Source of the DNA: Candidatus Eiseniibacteriota bacterium
Lineage (GTDB): Bacteria > Eisenbacteria > RBG-16-71-46 > SZUA-252
Length of the DNA: 64,000 nt
NCBI GenBank assembly: GCA_963703225.1
Contig: OY969801.1
Span: forward strand, 256,001 to 320,000
Direction of reading: 5' to 3'
The notes below the pieces were generated by a model, which searched no databases, was not told where the DNA came from, and saw nothing but the letters and a program-made list of their open reading frames with translations. Each line of letters opens with the position of its first letter. Within the stretch, counting starts at the first letter, position 1. The position numbers were made by a program, and so were the translations under genes. This document shows positions 20,128 to 29,673 of the stretch, one piece after another.

Positions 20128-21033
20128 TCAATCCCGGACGACCTGGACCCGCATGAAGGGGCCATCGATGACGATGGAAACCGGGCTTCCGGCCCCCTCG
20201 CCGGCCCAGTAGGAGGCTTTTCCCTTTCCGGGCGCGGAGACGTGCTCCACGAAGTCCTTGGGGTAGGAGCGCATCGTCAAGCTCGAGGTCGACTCGATCC
20301 GGGTCGGGCAGCCCGCCGGGAGGTGGACCTCCACGTCGGAGAGCCAACCGTGCACGCGGATCCGGGACGGACGCGCCGAGCCGACGGTGATCTTCACCGC
20401 CGATCCGATCGCGCCGAGGTCGCACGGCGCCGGCCTCAGGTCCGAGAAATTGATCTGGGCGGAGGAGAAGTAGGATTCGCTGTTCACGCGGACCGGCGTC
20501 TGCGACGGGGTTCCGACGCGGATCGAGCCGCCGACCAGCCCCGACTCCGTGATGCCCGAGCGCGTCGGCCAGGCGAGGAGCCCCGTCTCCTTCGAGACCG
20601 TCCACCGATGGGTCGCAAGCTCCGGATCGGTGATGCCGCGCACGCCGAGGATCAGAGCCCCGTGCGCGGCTGAATCGGCCTCGAGCGCGATCGAGCCACC
20701 CACGGCGCGGGCTTGAATCGTGACAGCCTGGACCGGAGGTTTCTTGAGATCGATCGTCGCCCGGTAGACGGTCTTCGCCTCGTCGCTGTTTCGTGAGATC
20801 CAAAACCACCCGATGGCGAAGGAGACGATCACGAGGACCACTGCGGCGATGCCGATGGCGGGGTTTCGAAGGGCGTTGGCGAGCAGGGCAACGCCGAGGG
20901 CCAGGAGGATGAACGGCCAATACTTGATGAGCCAGGGCCAGGCGCCTGCCGGGAGAAAGCCGAGCTTACCGGCGAGGAGGAGCGCGCCGGTCCCGGCGAG
21001 GGCGATTCCGATGACGAGCTTCCCGAACTTCAT
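20128..21033 (-). CDS. LiaF/DUF5668-like membrane protein with C-terminal beta-rich extracytoplasmic domain
   Basis: MKFGKLVIGIALAGTGALLLAGKLG...KYWPFILLALG, three TMs, then a repetitive beta-strand region. Confidence 0.7.
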   Translation of the reverse strand: MKFGKLVIGIALAGTGALLLAGKLGFLPAGAWPWLIKYWPFILLALGVALLANALRNPAIGIAAVVLVIVSFAIGWFWISRNSDEAKTVYRATIDLKKPPVQAVTIQARAVGGSIALEADSAAHGALILGVRGITDPELATHRWTVSKETGLLAWPTRSGITESGLVGGSIRVGTPSQTPVRVNSESYFSSAQINFSDLRPAPCDLGAIGSAVKITVGSARPSRIRVHGWLSDVEVHLPAGCPTRIESTSSLTMRSYPKDFVEHVSAPGKGKASYWAGEGAGSPVSIVIDGPFMRVQVVRD

Positions 21034-21127
21034 CAGGCGGAAGCGGTACCACGCGCCGGCTTCCGATTCAAGCCCGCGATCGCGGCACCCAATCCGGCCG
21101 GCTTCGGCCGCCCGGCCAGGCGACGCG

Positions 21128-22249
21128 TCAGTACTGGCCCCCGGGCGTAAGGCCGCTCGGCACGTGCGATGGGATTGCCGCGGTCGTGGAGTCGTCGGAG
21201 AGGGCTTCCAGGAATCGGACGATCGCGGCCTCATCTTGAAAGCTCAAGTGGAGCGGACGCACTTCGGGCGCTTGGTTCGGCACGTTGAGGCCCAGCCCGC
21301 GCCCTCCACCCTGGTTGTAGAAGCGAACCACCTGCTCCAGCGTTTGGAAGGCCCCGTTGTGCATGTACGGCGCGGAGTGGGCGATGCCCCGCAGGGAGGG
21401 CGCCTTGAAGGCGTGGCGGTCGGAGACGCTCTGGGTCACTTCGTAGTGCCCCAGATCGGGATCGAGCGCGCGTCCCGTGGAATCGGCCGGGACCCCGATG
21501 ACCGTGAATTCCTGGCTCGAGAAATTGCCCGGCACGACGCTCGTCGTCAGCGGGAGAAAATGACAGCGAGAGCACTGGGCCCTTCCGGCGAATAGGTCAA
21601 ACCCGCGCCGGACTTCGGCGGGCACCGCCGCTTCCGGAATCTCACGGCGCCACCACCGGTCGACGGTCGATCCACTGGAGCGGAAGGTCCTCTCGTACGC
21701 CGCGATTGCGTGCTTGGCGTCAGGCCACTTCGGATGCGCGCTTCCAAATAGGGCGCCGAACCGCTCCCGATACTCTGGAATGGAGTCCAGCCGTCCCTCG
21801 ATGTCTCGGCGGCGCAGCCCGCCCATCTCGCGCTTGCTGTGGACAGGGCCGTCGACCTGATCTTCCAAGCTCACCGCGCGACCATCCCAGAAGAAGGCCA
21901 CCTGGTCCGAAACGTTCATGAGGCCGGGCGCGTTGCGGGGCAAATCGCCGCGGTCGATGGCGAGCGCCACGCGGCGCCCGTCGGAGAGTCCGCGGGCCGG
22001 GATGTGGCAGCTCGCGCAGGCGCGCTGCTTGTTCGCCGAGAGAATTGGGTCGAAGAAGAGCGACCGCCCGAGCGCGACCTCGCTCGAATCCATCGGCGCG
22101 GCGCGCTGATCCGGCGGGACGGCAACGCCGCGCGCGCGTTCTGAGGCGGCGCGGAGCGCGTGCTGGACCATCCGGGGCTTGCTGACCAGGAGGAGCGCGA
22201 TCAGGGCGAGGAAGAGATAGAGCGGCAACCAGGCGACGAAACGGCGCAA
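21128..22249 (-). CDS. Di-heme cytochrome c peroxidase family protein (CCP/MauG-like)
   Basis: LGRSLFFDPILS, CASCH, RNAPGL, FFWDGRA, CSRCH, FKAPSLR, APYMHNG; N-terminal TM; TTG start just after the FTR1 stop (start approximate). Confidence 0.9.
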   Translation of the reverse strand: MRRFVAWLPLYLFLALIALLLVSKPRMVQHALRAASERARGVAVPPDQRAAPMDSSEVALGRSLFFDPILSANKQRACASCHIPARGLSDGRRVALAIDRGDLPRNAPGLMNVSDQVAFFWDGRAVSLEDQVDGPVHSKREMGGLRRRDIEGRLDSIPEYRERFGALFGSAHPKWPDAKHAIAAYERTFRSSGSTVDRWWRREIPEAAVPAEVRRGFDLFAGRAQCSRCHFLPLTTSVVPGNFSSQEFTVIGVPADSTGRALDPDLGHYEVTQSVSDRHAFKAPSLRGIAHSAPYMHNGAFQTLEQVVRFYNQGGGRGLGLNVPNQAPEVRPLHLSFQDEAAIVRFLEALSDDSTTAAIPSHVPSGLTPGGQY

Positions 22250-22250
22250 C

Positions 22251-23858
22251 CTACCGACCTTCCGCTGTCGCGCCGGGCAGTGCGTCCTTGTCCATGCGGG
22301 TGAACGCCTCGTCGATCGCACGCTTTAGCTGCCCGCGATCCACGGATTCCCAGACACGGTCGGGGCCCGTCAGAGGCGTCGACGCGTGCAGCTGCTCCGG
22401 CGTGGCGCGCGATTCGGGATGGGTCTCTCCGTAACGCGGAGCGCCTGCCGCGCGGGCAAGCCCTGGTGCGAGCGCTTCGCGGATCGGGGCTGTGTAGTAG
22501 CCGCTCCCTCCGAGATCGGCGTCGAGCGCGTCCAGCGTCGCGCCCCACTCCGTGATCGAGGTCTGCGACGAGAAGCTCTCCTGGCCGTCCATCCTCCCGA
22601 GCAGGGTCCAACGGTGGCCAATCCACGCTGAGCGGAGCGTCGTCGGATCGAGCGTCAGGGCCGTGATCGAGCCGACCGCGACCCGGGACCGTGTGAGGAG
22701 ATCGTTCACGTCCGCGAGGAGAGAGGCCCGGGCAGTTTCGTCGCCCGCCCATGGGGCGCCTTCCGCGAAGAGCGCGGATTCGACGCCGTGAAAGCCCGCG
22801 GCCTCTCCCGGCTCTCCGTTCAGCTCCTCGGCGGACTCGCGATTGACGCGCGCGAGGAGCGGCTCGATTTTCACGAATCGGCGCCGGGCCTCGATCCAAG
22901 CGTTTCGCGCGCCCTCCACGTCGGCGTCGCGCGCCCGGTCGCGCAGCACCCCGAGCGCGGCGAGCATTTCTTCCGAGCAGGCTCCGACGCGCCGCTCAGC
23001 CGCGGTCGCGCTCTGACGGTCCGGGAGCGGTAGCCTTGCGTGCTCCCATTTCCGGGCCGCCGCGCCGAGGGATAGCGGGACGGCTGCGAGGGCCAGGGCG
23101 ATCCCGGCCGCACGGACGTAGAGGCGTGCCGGGCTTTTGGCGATGATCAGATAGAGGAACGGGGCGGCGCAGAGAAGCACCTGCAAGAAGAGGCCCCCCT
23201 GAATCCACGTCAGGTGGAAGAGGCCAATGGACCTCGGCAAGCTCACAACGCCAGCCTCCGCGAATTCGTGGAGTCCCGAAACGAAGAGCGACAGGACGAG
23301 CGCGAAGAGGAGGACCTCGGTCGTTCGCATGAACGCGCGGATATCGAGCTTGCGAAAGCCGAGGTAGACCGCGATCCCGAGCGCGGCCGCAAGCGCGAGA
23401 CCGACGGCGGCGCCGAGCCAGCTTCCGTCGCTCTTCAGCGCCGCCCCGTTGGCCATGAAGACCGCAGTCTCCAAGCCCTCACGGATCACGGAGACGAAGG
23501 CAAACGAGCCGATCGCGATCGAGGTGGCCCATGAGGCGCGCTCGGCCGACGCCGATTCGCGGAGAACTTTGAGCTGACTCCTGTAGTCGACGGCGTTCAG
23601 GTGGAGCTGGATCGCGAGCGACGCGATGAAGCCCGCGCCGATCCAGGCGAGGCTCCCCTCGAACAGTGGTCCCAGCGCGCCCAGATCGTGGAGGAACACC
23701 CCCGCGACGACGCTCAGGGCGAGGGCCAAGGCGCAACCAATCCATGCCGCGGCACGATAGGCGACATGTCGCGCGGCCTTCAGCGACGAGAAGAGAAGGG
23801 CGAGAATGAGCGATGTCTCTCCCCCCTCGCGCAGCGTGATGACCATTTCTTGGACCAA
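22251..23858 (-). CDS. FTR1/EfeU iron permease fused to a C-terminal imelysin/EfeO (M75)-like domain
   Basis: Two RExxE motifs (LREGGE, IREGLE) and GLHEFAEAG in the TM domain; then ARNAWIEARRRFVKIEP and GFHGVE (HxxE). TTG start after AAGGAG. Confidence 0.85.
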   Translation of the reverse strand: MVQEMVITLREGGETSLILALLFSSLKAARHVAYRAAAWIGCALALALSVVAGVFLHDLGALGPLFEGSLAWIGAGFIASLAIQLHLNAVDYRSQLKVLRESASAERASWATSIAIGSFAFVSVIREGLETAVFMANGAALKSDGSWLGAAVGLALAAALGIAVYLGFRKLDIRAFMRTTEVLLFALVLSLFVSGLHEFAEAGVVSLPRSIGLFHLTWIQGGLFLQVLLCAAPFLYLIIAKSPARLYVRAAGIALALAAVPLSLGAAARKWEHARLPLPDRQSATAAERRVGACSEEMLAALGVLRDRARDADVEGARNAWIEARRRFVKIEPLLARVNRESAEELNGEPGEAAGFHGVESALFAEGAPWAGDETARASLLADVNDLLTRSRVAVGSITALTLDPTTLRSAWIGHRWTLLGRMDGQESFSSQTSITEWGATLDALDADLGGSGYYTAPIREALAPGLARAAGAPRYGETHPESRATPEQLHASTPLTGPDRVWESVDRGQLKRAIDEAFTRMDKDALPGATAEGR

Positions 23859-23907
23859 ATGCCGTCTCTCCTTTGCTGCCGATCCTTGGCGCCAACGCTG
23901 CAATGTT

Positions 23908-23925
23908 ATTGAGACATAGTCTCAT
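23908..23925. promoter_or_regulatory. Fur-like operator, copy 1
   Basis: ATTGAGACATAGTCTCAT contains the inverted repeat TGAGAC-N3-GTCTCA, in an AT-rich divergent promoter region between iron-uptake genes. Confidence 0.65.
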
Positions 23926-24060
23926 GAGCAAACGGCAGCTCAGCGAGGGCAAGAACGTATCATTGGCGAACGGGGAGCCACCAGCGAATTTCGGGGCGGC
24001 GACTTTTCTCTTGCCATTGGCAAAGCTCCAAAACAATATCCCGACTCGAAGCCAGAGATA

Positions 24061-24079
24061 ATTGAGATCGTGTCTCAAT
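24061..24079. promoter_or_regulatory. Fur-like operator, copy 2
   Basis: Perfect ATTGAGA-N5-TCTCAAT palindrome preceded by GATA; same 15-bp TGAGA..TCTCA core as copy 1. Confidence 0.7.
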
Positions 24080-24158
24080 GGTGAACAGCGAAAACATGCG
24101 CATTCGGCGCGTCCGCATCGGCCTGGATGCCGCAACCTGGAAAGGAGTCCAAACCCTA

Positions 24159-25280
24159 GTGAATCGGCATCGCCTCATTCTCGGTTGGCTTCTCTTGCTC
24201 CTCGCTCTTCCCGCCCGCACGTCGCTCGCTCAGGTATCCGTCGGCGATCGCCTTCGATTCAGCGGCTACGGTGAGGTCCACTACAACAATCCCGCGATTG
24301 GAACCATGGACGAGGGCGCTCTGGCCGAGGCCGACGTGCACCGGTTCGTGCTGGGCTGGGCCTACGATTTTTCCTCGGAGATCCGGCTGGACGCCGAGAT
24401 CGACTTCGAACACGCGGCCCAGGAGATCGAGCTCGAATTCGCGCACTTGGACTGCGATCTCAATTCGAGCCTCACCCTCCGCGTGGGGAGCGTGCTGATG
24501 CCGGTTGGGCCTCTGAATGAGTTCCACGAGCCGCCCAACTACTACAGCGTGGAGCGGCCGTACGTGGAGAGCTACATCATGCCCACGACCTGGCAGGAGC
24601 TGGGGTTTGGCCTGGTCGGGCGCACCAAGGACGGGGCGATTTCCTATCGCGGATACATCGTGACGGGACTCGATGCGCGTGGGTTCTCGGGGCTGGATGG
24701 CATCGACGGCGGTATCTCGCACGGGTTCGAGGCGCCGGCGGAGGATTTGGCAGGGGTGGCGCGCGTCGAGTACGCCTCCACCTCGGGGCTGGCCCTCGGC
24801 CTGTCCGGCTACTACGGAGGCGCGGACCAGGGGGACTCTACGATGGGGGATGTCTTCGTCGGGATCGCGGGTGCCGACGCGCGCTACCGCCGGCACGGCC
24901 TGGATGTCCGGGGCGTTTTCTACCGCGTCATGATCGATGGCGCCGACCGCGTGGGCGTCGTCACCGGCGAGACGATCGGCAAGGCGCTGATGGGATGGTA
25001 CGGCGAGGCCGCCTACGACATACTCCGCCGCGACGCGGAGGAGGGCCGGCAGCGCTCCCTCATGATTTACGGCAGATTCGAGGACTTCGACACGGAGCAA
25101 GAACTACCGAGCGGCCCCTCGTTCGTGCGCGACCCCGCGGCCGGGCGGCAGGTGATCAGCGGGGGCCTGGCGTACTACCCGATCGAGAAGGTCGCGTTCA
25201 AGGCGGACCTGGAGCACTGGACCGACGACAGCGACGCCGACCTGACCCGGTTCAATTTTGGCGCGGCGTTCCGATTCTAG
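24159..25280 (+). CDS. Outer-membrane porin-like beta-barrel, probably iron-regulated
   Basis: GTG start after AAGGAG, signal peptide, GYGEVHYN, AEIDFEH, NEFHEPP, PTTWQELG, C-terminal F. Confidence 0.82.
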   Translation: MNRHRLILGWLLLLLALPARTSLAQVSVGDRLRFSGYGEVHYNNPAIGTMDEGALAEADVHRFVLGWAYDFSSEIRLDAEIDFEHAAQEIELEFAHLDCDLNSSLTLRVGSVLMPVGPLNEFHEPPNYYSVERPYVESYIMPTTWQELGFGLVGRTKDGAISYRGYIVTGLDARGFSGLDGIDGGISHGFEAPAEDLAGVARVEYASTSGLALGLSGYYGGADQGDSTMGDVFVGIAGADARYRRHGLDVRGVFYRVMIDGADRVGVVTGETIGKALMGWYGEAAYDILRRDAEEGRQRSLMIYGRFEDFDTEQELPSGPSFVRDPAAGRQVISGGLAYYPIEKVAFKADLEHWTDDSDADLTRFNFGAAFRF

Positions 25281-25296
25281 GAGGATCCCCACGGTG

Positions 25297-25869
25297 ATGA
25301 CATCGCTCCGATGCGCCTCACTCGCGGTGGCGGTGGGTTTGATGCTTGCGGCAGCAGCGGCGTCGCCCGCGGCCACCAGCGGGTCCGCCCCCAAGACGGC
25401 CGCGGCGCAGGCGCCGGTCGTCAAGACCGAGCCCCCGTTCGCGCGGGTTTACCTCGCGGTCCGCGGCTGCATGTCGTGCGCGCACTGCCGGACGAACATT
25501 CGCCAAATGGTCCGCGCCAATTCGCAGGGCGGCGAGACGCAGTTCGGCGACGACCAAATCGAGGTGATCTACCCGACGCCCCGGCCCGTTCCGCTCCGTG
25601 AAGTCATCCGAAGCCTCGCCGAGAATCGTCTCCACGACCTGAGCCTGGTCGACGTGCTCTTTGACGCGCGCGGCGTGATTCACACGTCGGAGAAGGGTGT
25701 CGCCACGTTCGCGCTCGCGAAGACCGGGCAGTCATTCTCCATCGTCGTCGACCCCGGGAGCGCACGCCCACCCGACGGAACCTCGGTTCGGCTCACCGCG
25801 CGCGTCGATGGCTGGCGCGAAAAGGGAACCCTCTCGCTCCACGCCCGGGAAGTGCGCCCCGCGAACTGA
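25297..25869 (+). CDS. Exported protein with HMA-like metal-binding motif
   Basis: Signal peptide; LAVRGCMSCAHCRTNIR resembles the HMA GMxCxxC motif. Confidence 0.65.
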   Translation: MTSLRCASLAVAVGLMLAAAAASPAATSGSAPKTAAAQAPVVKTEPPFARVYLAVRGCMSCAHCRTNIRQMVRANSQGGETQFGDDQIEVIYPTPRPVPLREVIRSLAENRLHDLSLVDVLFDARGVIHTSEKGVATFALAKTGQSFSIVVDPGSARPPDGTSVRLTARVDGWREKGTLSLHAREVRPAN

Positions 25870-25996
25870 CGCTTCACCGACGACGTCGACGGCATCCCAC
25901 CAAGGGGCCCAATCTCGCTCCGGCCAGTTTCGTCATTGACAAACGGGGACCGCGCCCGAAATATGACCGCCCTACAAGGACTTACGCGGAGGGAGT

Positions 25997-26746
25997 ATGC
26001 CCGAGCTGAAAGGGAAATCGGCGCTCGTCACCGGGGGCACCCGGGGGATCGGAAAGGCGGTCGCGCTCGCGCTTGCCGAGATGGGCGCGGACGTCGCGAT
26101 CAACTTCTTCCGCAGCCGCGACTCCGCCAAGGCCGCGGTCGCCGAAATCGAGAAGAGGGGCGTCAAAGGGCTCGCGCTCCGTGCGAACATGGGGAACGAG
26201 GAGCAGATCCCCGGCATGTTCCAGGAGCTGAAGAGCGCGTTTGGCAAGGTGGACATCCTGGTCTCCAACGCCGCGCTCGGCCACTTCGGCAACGTCCTGG
26301 ACGTGAACGACAAAATGTGGGACGTCGCCATGGCCACGAACGCGAAGGCCCTTCTCTTCTGCTCGCAGGAAGCGGCCAAGCTGATGCCGAATGGCGGGAA
26401 GATCGTCGCCCTGACCTCGCTCGGCTCGCACCGATACATCCCCGGGTACGCGGCGATCGGCGTCTCCAAGGCGGCGATCGAGACGTTGGTGCGCTACCTC
26501 GCGTATGAGCTGGCGCCGAGGGGGATCAACGTGAACGCGGTCTCGGGGGGCTTCATCGACACCGACTCGCTGAAGATATTTCCTTCCTACGACGAGATCA
26601 TCCGGGAATCGACCCGCCGCACGCCGTTCGGGCGGGTTGGAACTCCTGAGGAGATCGCGAACGTCGTGGCCTTCCTCTGCACCAACCGCGCCTCCTGGAT
26701 CACCGGCCAGATCATGATCGTCGACGGCGGCTACACGCTGGGGTAG
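25997..26746 (+). CDS. fabL: SDR-family enoyl-ACP reductase (FabL-like)
   Basis: TGGTRGIG, VSNAA, YAAIGVSKAA (Y-x6-K), NAVSGG, TPFGR. Confidence 0.78.
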   Translation: MPELKGKSALVTGGTRGIGKAVALALAEMGADVAINFFRSRDSAKAAVAEIEKRGVKGLALRANMGNEEQIPGMFQELKSAFGKVDILVSNAALGHFGNVLDVNDKMWDVAMATNAKALLFCSQEAAKLMPNGGKIVALTSLGSHRYIPGYAAIGVSKAAIETLVRYLAYELAPRGINVNAVSGGFIDTDSLKIFPSYDEIIRESTRRTPFGRVGTPEEIANVVAFLCTNRASWITGQIMIVDGGYTLG

Positions 26747-26781
26747 ACGGTCCGTCGCAGGACGGGACGGAATTCAATCCC

Positions 26782-27152
26782 TCAGATCCTCTCCAGCTTC
26801 GGCACGGTCCGCTCGTTCGAAACGTTGCCCGTATTCAGCGTGGTCCTCGGCTCGAAGAGGAGCACGTGCGTCTCCTCGATCGGCCACGGGCATGTGCTCG
26901 ACACCTCGGGGGATGATGACGAACTCGCCGGGGCCGACCATCAGGTCCCGGTCTCGCAGCCGCATCCGCATCGAGCCCTTCACGATCAGGAAAAGCTCGT
27001 CCTCCGCGTCGTGGTGATGCCAGACGAACTCCCCTTGGAACTTCACCAGCTTGACGTAGGAGTCGTTCACTTCTCCCACGATCTTCGGCTGCCAGTGCTC
27101 CTCGAATTGCTCCTAGCTTCTCGGCGATGTTCACAACCCTGATCTCGGGCAT
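26782..27152 (-). CDS. Cupin-domain protein; two frameshifts (about 27113 and 26880)
   Basis: Reconstructed MPEIRVVNIAEKL..FEEHWQPKIVGEVNDSYVKLVKFQGEFVWHHHDAEDELF...PRGVEHMPVA..EETHVLLFEPRTTLNTG...LERI*. Confidence 0.85.
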
Positions 27153-27661
27153 CACGGTGACTCCTTCGTGTCGTCTTGGGTCAAGGATCGAGTGGGCCGT
27201 CGCGGCGCCCACCAGCCGGTGAGCCTCGGGCTTCCGAGGAAGGCGGCGAGCCTGGTGTCGAACATCAAGAACGCGATCAGGCTCATGTTGACGATGGAGG
27301 CGACCACGACCGTGCGGATCAGCGGGATGTCTCCTCCAAATTCGGGCGGGCGCGAAATCAAGTAGGCGAGCACCGAGATCTCTCCCAGGAGCGCCAGCGC
27401 GACACCCCACGGCCGCGCCTCGCGTTTTCCCAGCCAGAGGGCGACCATCACGTAGAAGCTCCCTGCCGCAAGAACCGCGGAGAAGAGAATGCTCTGGACC
27501 GCGACGTGTAGCCCGTAGCCCTCGAGCAGCCCCCTTACCGCGCGGCCCCAAACGTAGAAGCCCGTTCCAATGACCCCGCGCAGGACTTCCTCAGCGCCTT
27601 TGATGGCCCAAAGCGCTGTGAGCGCGTAAACCTGCCATGGACGCTTGATGATCTTGCTCAC
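27152..27661 (-). CDS. Hypothetical four-TM membrane protein
   Basis: Four hydrophobic segments; stop overlaps the cupin start. Confidence 0.7.
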   Translation of the reverse strand: MSKIIKRPWQVYALTALWAIKGAEEVLRGVIGTGFYVWGRAVRGLLEGYGLHVAVQSILFSAVLAAGSFYVMVALWLGKREARPWGVALALLGEISVLAYLISRPPEFGGDIPLIRTVVVASIVNMSLIAFLMFDTRLAAFLGSPRLTGWWAPRRPTRSLTQDDTKESP

Positions 27662-27716
27662 AAGTTCTCCAGCCGAAAAATCTCCTCCACCGGCACGCCC
27701 AGCGCGCGGTGGATCG

Positions 27717-28202
27717 CTAAACGGGAGCCGCCACGGAGATCGTGGGCTCGTGGCGGACGGGAAAGTTCACCGAGTTGGCGATGAAGCACTCCTCGTGCGC
27801 TCGGCCGTGGAGTGCCATCGCCTTTTCGGGATCGGAGCCGCCGGCGATCGTGACCCGCGGCTTGAGCAGGACGTCGGTGAAGTGAAATCCGCGCTCAAAG
27901 CGCGACATGGTGCCGGCGGCATCGTCCTCGTACGAGATGACGTTGACCCCATGACGCGCGCAGAGAGCGACGTAGCTCAGGAAGTGGCAGATCGAGAGAG
28001 ACGCGACCAGAAGCTCCTCGGGGTTCGCGAGCGCGGGATCGCCCCGAAAGGCGGGCGCCGACGTCGCCTTGAGCGACGGCTTACCCGGGAAATCGACGCG
28101 GCACTCCCGCGAATAGGCGTCGTAACTCGTCGTCCCTCCCTTTGTGGCTCCGGTCCAGACGAGACGACACTCGAAATGATGCTGACGTTCCGATGCGCTC
28201 AT
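27717..28202 (-). CDS. OsmC/Ohr family protein
   Basis: FRGDP, NPEELLVASLSICHFLSY, AHEECFIANSV (two conserved Cys). Confidence 0.9.
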   Translation of the reverse strand: MSASERQHHFECRLVWTGATKGGTTSYDAYSRECRVDFPGKPSLKATSAPAFRGDPALANPEELLVASLSICHFLSYVALCARHGVNVISYEDDAAGTMSRFERGFHFTDVLLKPRVTIAGGSDPEKAMALHGRAHEECFIANSVNFPVRHEPTISVAAPV

Positions 28203-28225
28203 CACCCTCTCCTTCGTTCGGCGCG

Positions 28226-29554
28226 TCAGGCCACCGCGGCGCGCGCGTCGGCATGCTCGGTGTTTCGATCGGTCGCCAGATCGATTCGCCGCCTCACATC
28301 CAGATAGCCCAGCGCGGCGAGAAACGCGATGCCCATGATCGTACCCCAAAGGATCATCGGCCTTCCCCGGGCAAGATCGAGAAGAATGCCGCCGACCAAG
28401 GGGCCCGCCGACCATCCGAAGGAGTTGAAGAGTCCGAAGACTCCCATGTAGCGGCCCCGCGTCGTCTCTCCCGAAAAGTTGGCGACGAGGTTGAGCGAGG
28501 GAGGCGTCGAGACGATCTCACCGATCGTCGTCACGAACATCGCCGTCGCCAAGAGCACGAAGCCGCCGCCCAACCCCATCATCCCGTACCCCAAGCCGTA
28601 AAACACGGCGCCCAACGCCAAGGCGCTCGTCAACCGAATCCTCCCGATCAAGCGGACCGCGGGAAATTGGAGAAAGACCACCATGAGGCCGTTCAGCGCA
28701 TAGATCACCCCCAGCTCCACTTTCGTCAGCCCCGCCCACTCGACCGCGTACACCGAAAGGGTCGAAATCAGCTGCGACATGACGGTAAAGAGCACGAGCG
28801 AGGTGAGGCAGTAGCGGAGAAAGACCGGATCCCGAAGCGTCTCCACGCTCTCACGAAATCCAAAGCTCCCTCCGCCCGTGGTCGGTCCCACCTCCGGTAC
28901 CCCGGTGGGGGCGGACGTGTCGGCGCTCTGCCGCGCTCGACGCCGGGGCGACGTCTCTTCCACCTTCAATGCCATCACCGCGGCCGCGGCGAGGAGAACT
29001 CCGGCCGCGATCAGGAAGAGCGTGGCGTAGGAGAGCGCCGCCAGGAAGCCGCCGATCGCCGGTCCCAGCGCCCAACCCAGATTCCCGCCGATGCGGATCA
29101 CGCCGTAGTACTCCGCGCGACGAGGACCCTCCGCGATGTCGGCGACCATCGCCCCCGAGGGCGGCTCGAACATCCTCCCCGCGATCGCGCTCAGTGAAGT
29201 GAGGATGGCGAAGACGAAGAATGGGGCGTGTACCATCACGGCCAGGCCCAAGCCCAGGAACGCGACGGCGCGCATGAGCTGCGACAGCACGAGCACAAAC
29301 TTTCGACCCCGCCGGTCGCTCCACTCTCCTCCAAGGACCTGGCCCAGGCCGCCGGCGAGCGCCGCCACGAAGAAGAGCCCCCCGACCATCGTCATCGACA
29401 CCCCGCGCGTGCCGTGGAGGTAGAGTCCCAGGAAGGGGATGACGATGGAGAACCCGACGGAGGAGAGAACGCGGCCGAGGAACAGATGGAGGAGCCGCCG
29501 GTCCCGCTGGAAGAGCGCGCGGCGCGGGAAAATCGTGTCGATCCAGCGAAGCAT
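28226..29554 (-). CDS. MFS transporter
   Basis: About 12 TMs; motif A GEWSDRRGRK; GNLGWALGPAIGG. Confidence 0.92.
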   Translation of the reverse strand: MLRWIDTIFPRRALFQRDRRLLHLFLGRVLSSVGFSIVIPFLGLYLHGTRGVSMTMVGGLFFVAALAGGLGQVLGGEWSDRRGRKFVLVLSQLMRAVAFLGLGLAVMVHAPFFVFAILTSLSAIAGRMFEPPSGAMVADIAEGPRRAEYYGVIRIGGNLGWALGPAIGGFLAALSYATLFLIAAGVLLAAAAVMALKVEETSPRRRARQSADTSAPTGVPEVGPTTGGGSFGFRESVETLRDPVFLRYCLTSLVLFTVMSQLISTLSVYAVEWAGLTKVELGVIYALNGLMVVFLQFPAVRLIGRIRLTSALALGAVFYGLGYGMMGLGGGFVLLATAMFVTTIGEIVSTPPSLNLVANFSGETTRGRYMGVFGLFNSFGWSAGPLVGGILLDLARGRPMILWGTIMGIAFLAALGYLDVRRRIDLATDRNTEHADARAAVA

Positions 29555-29673
29555 GGCCAATCGTAGCACAACGCGTTAGGCTCTCCTGTCCGGCCGGATG
29601 GACCGGCCGGATCCGCCCGCCGAGACACGCGGCGCGCGGGATTACCGGGGGGTGTCCCAGTGAGGGCGGGCTC

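Noticed and set aside
25465..25490. CMSCAHC as a c-type heme-binding site
   Set aside because: It is not CxxCH (Ala follows the second Cys) and fits an HMA-like motif better.
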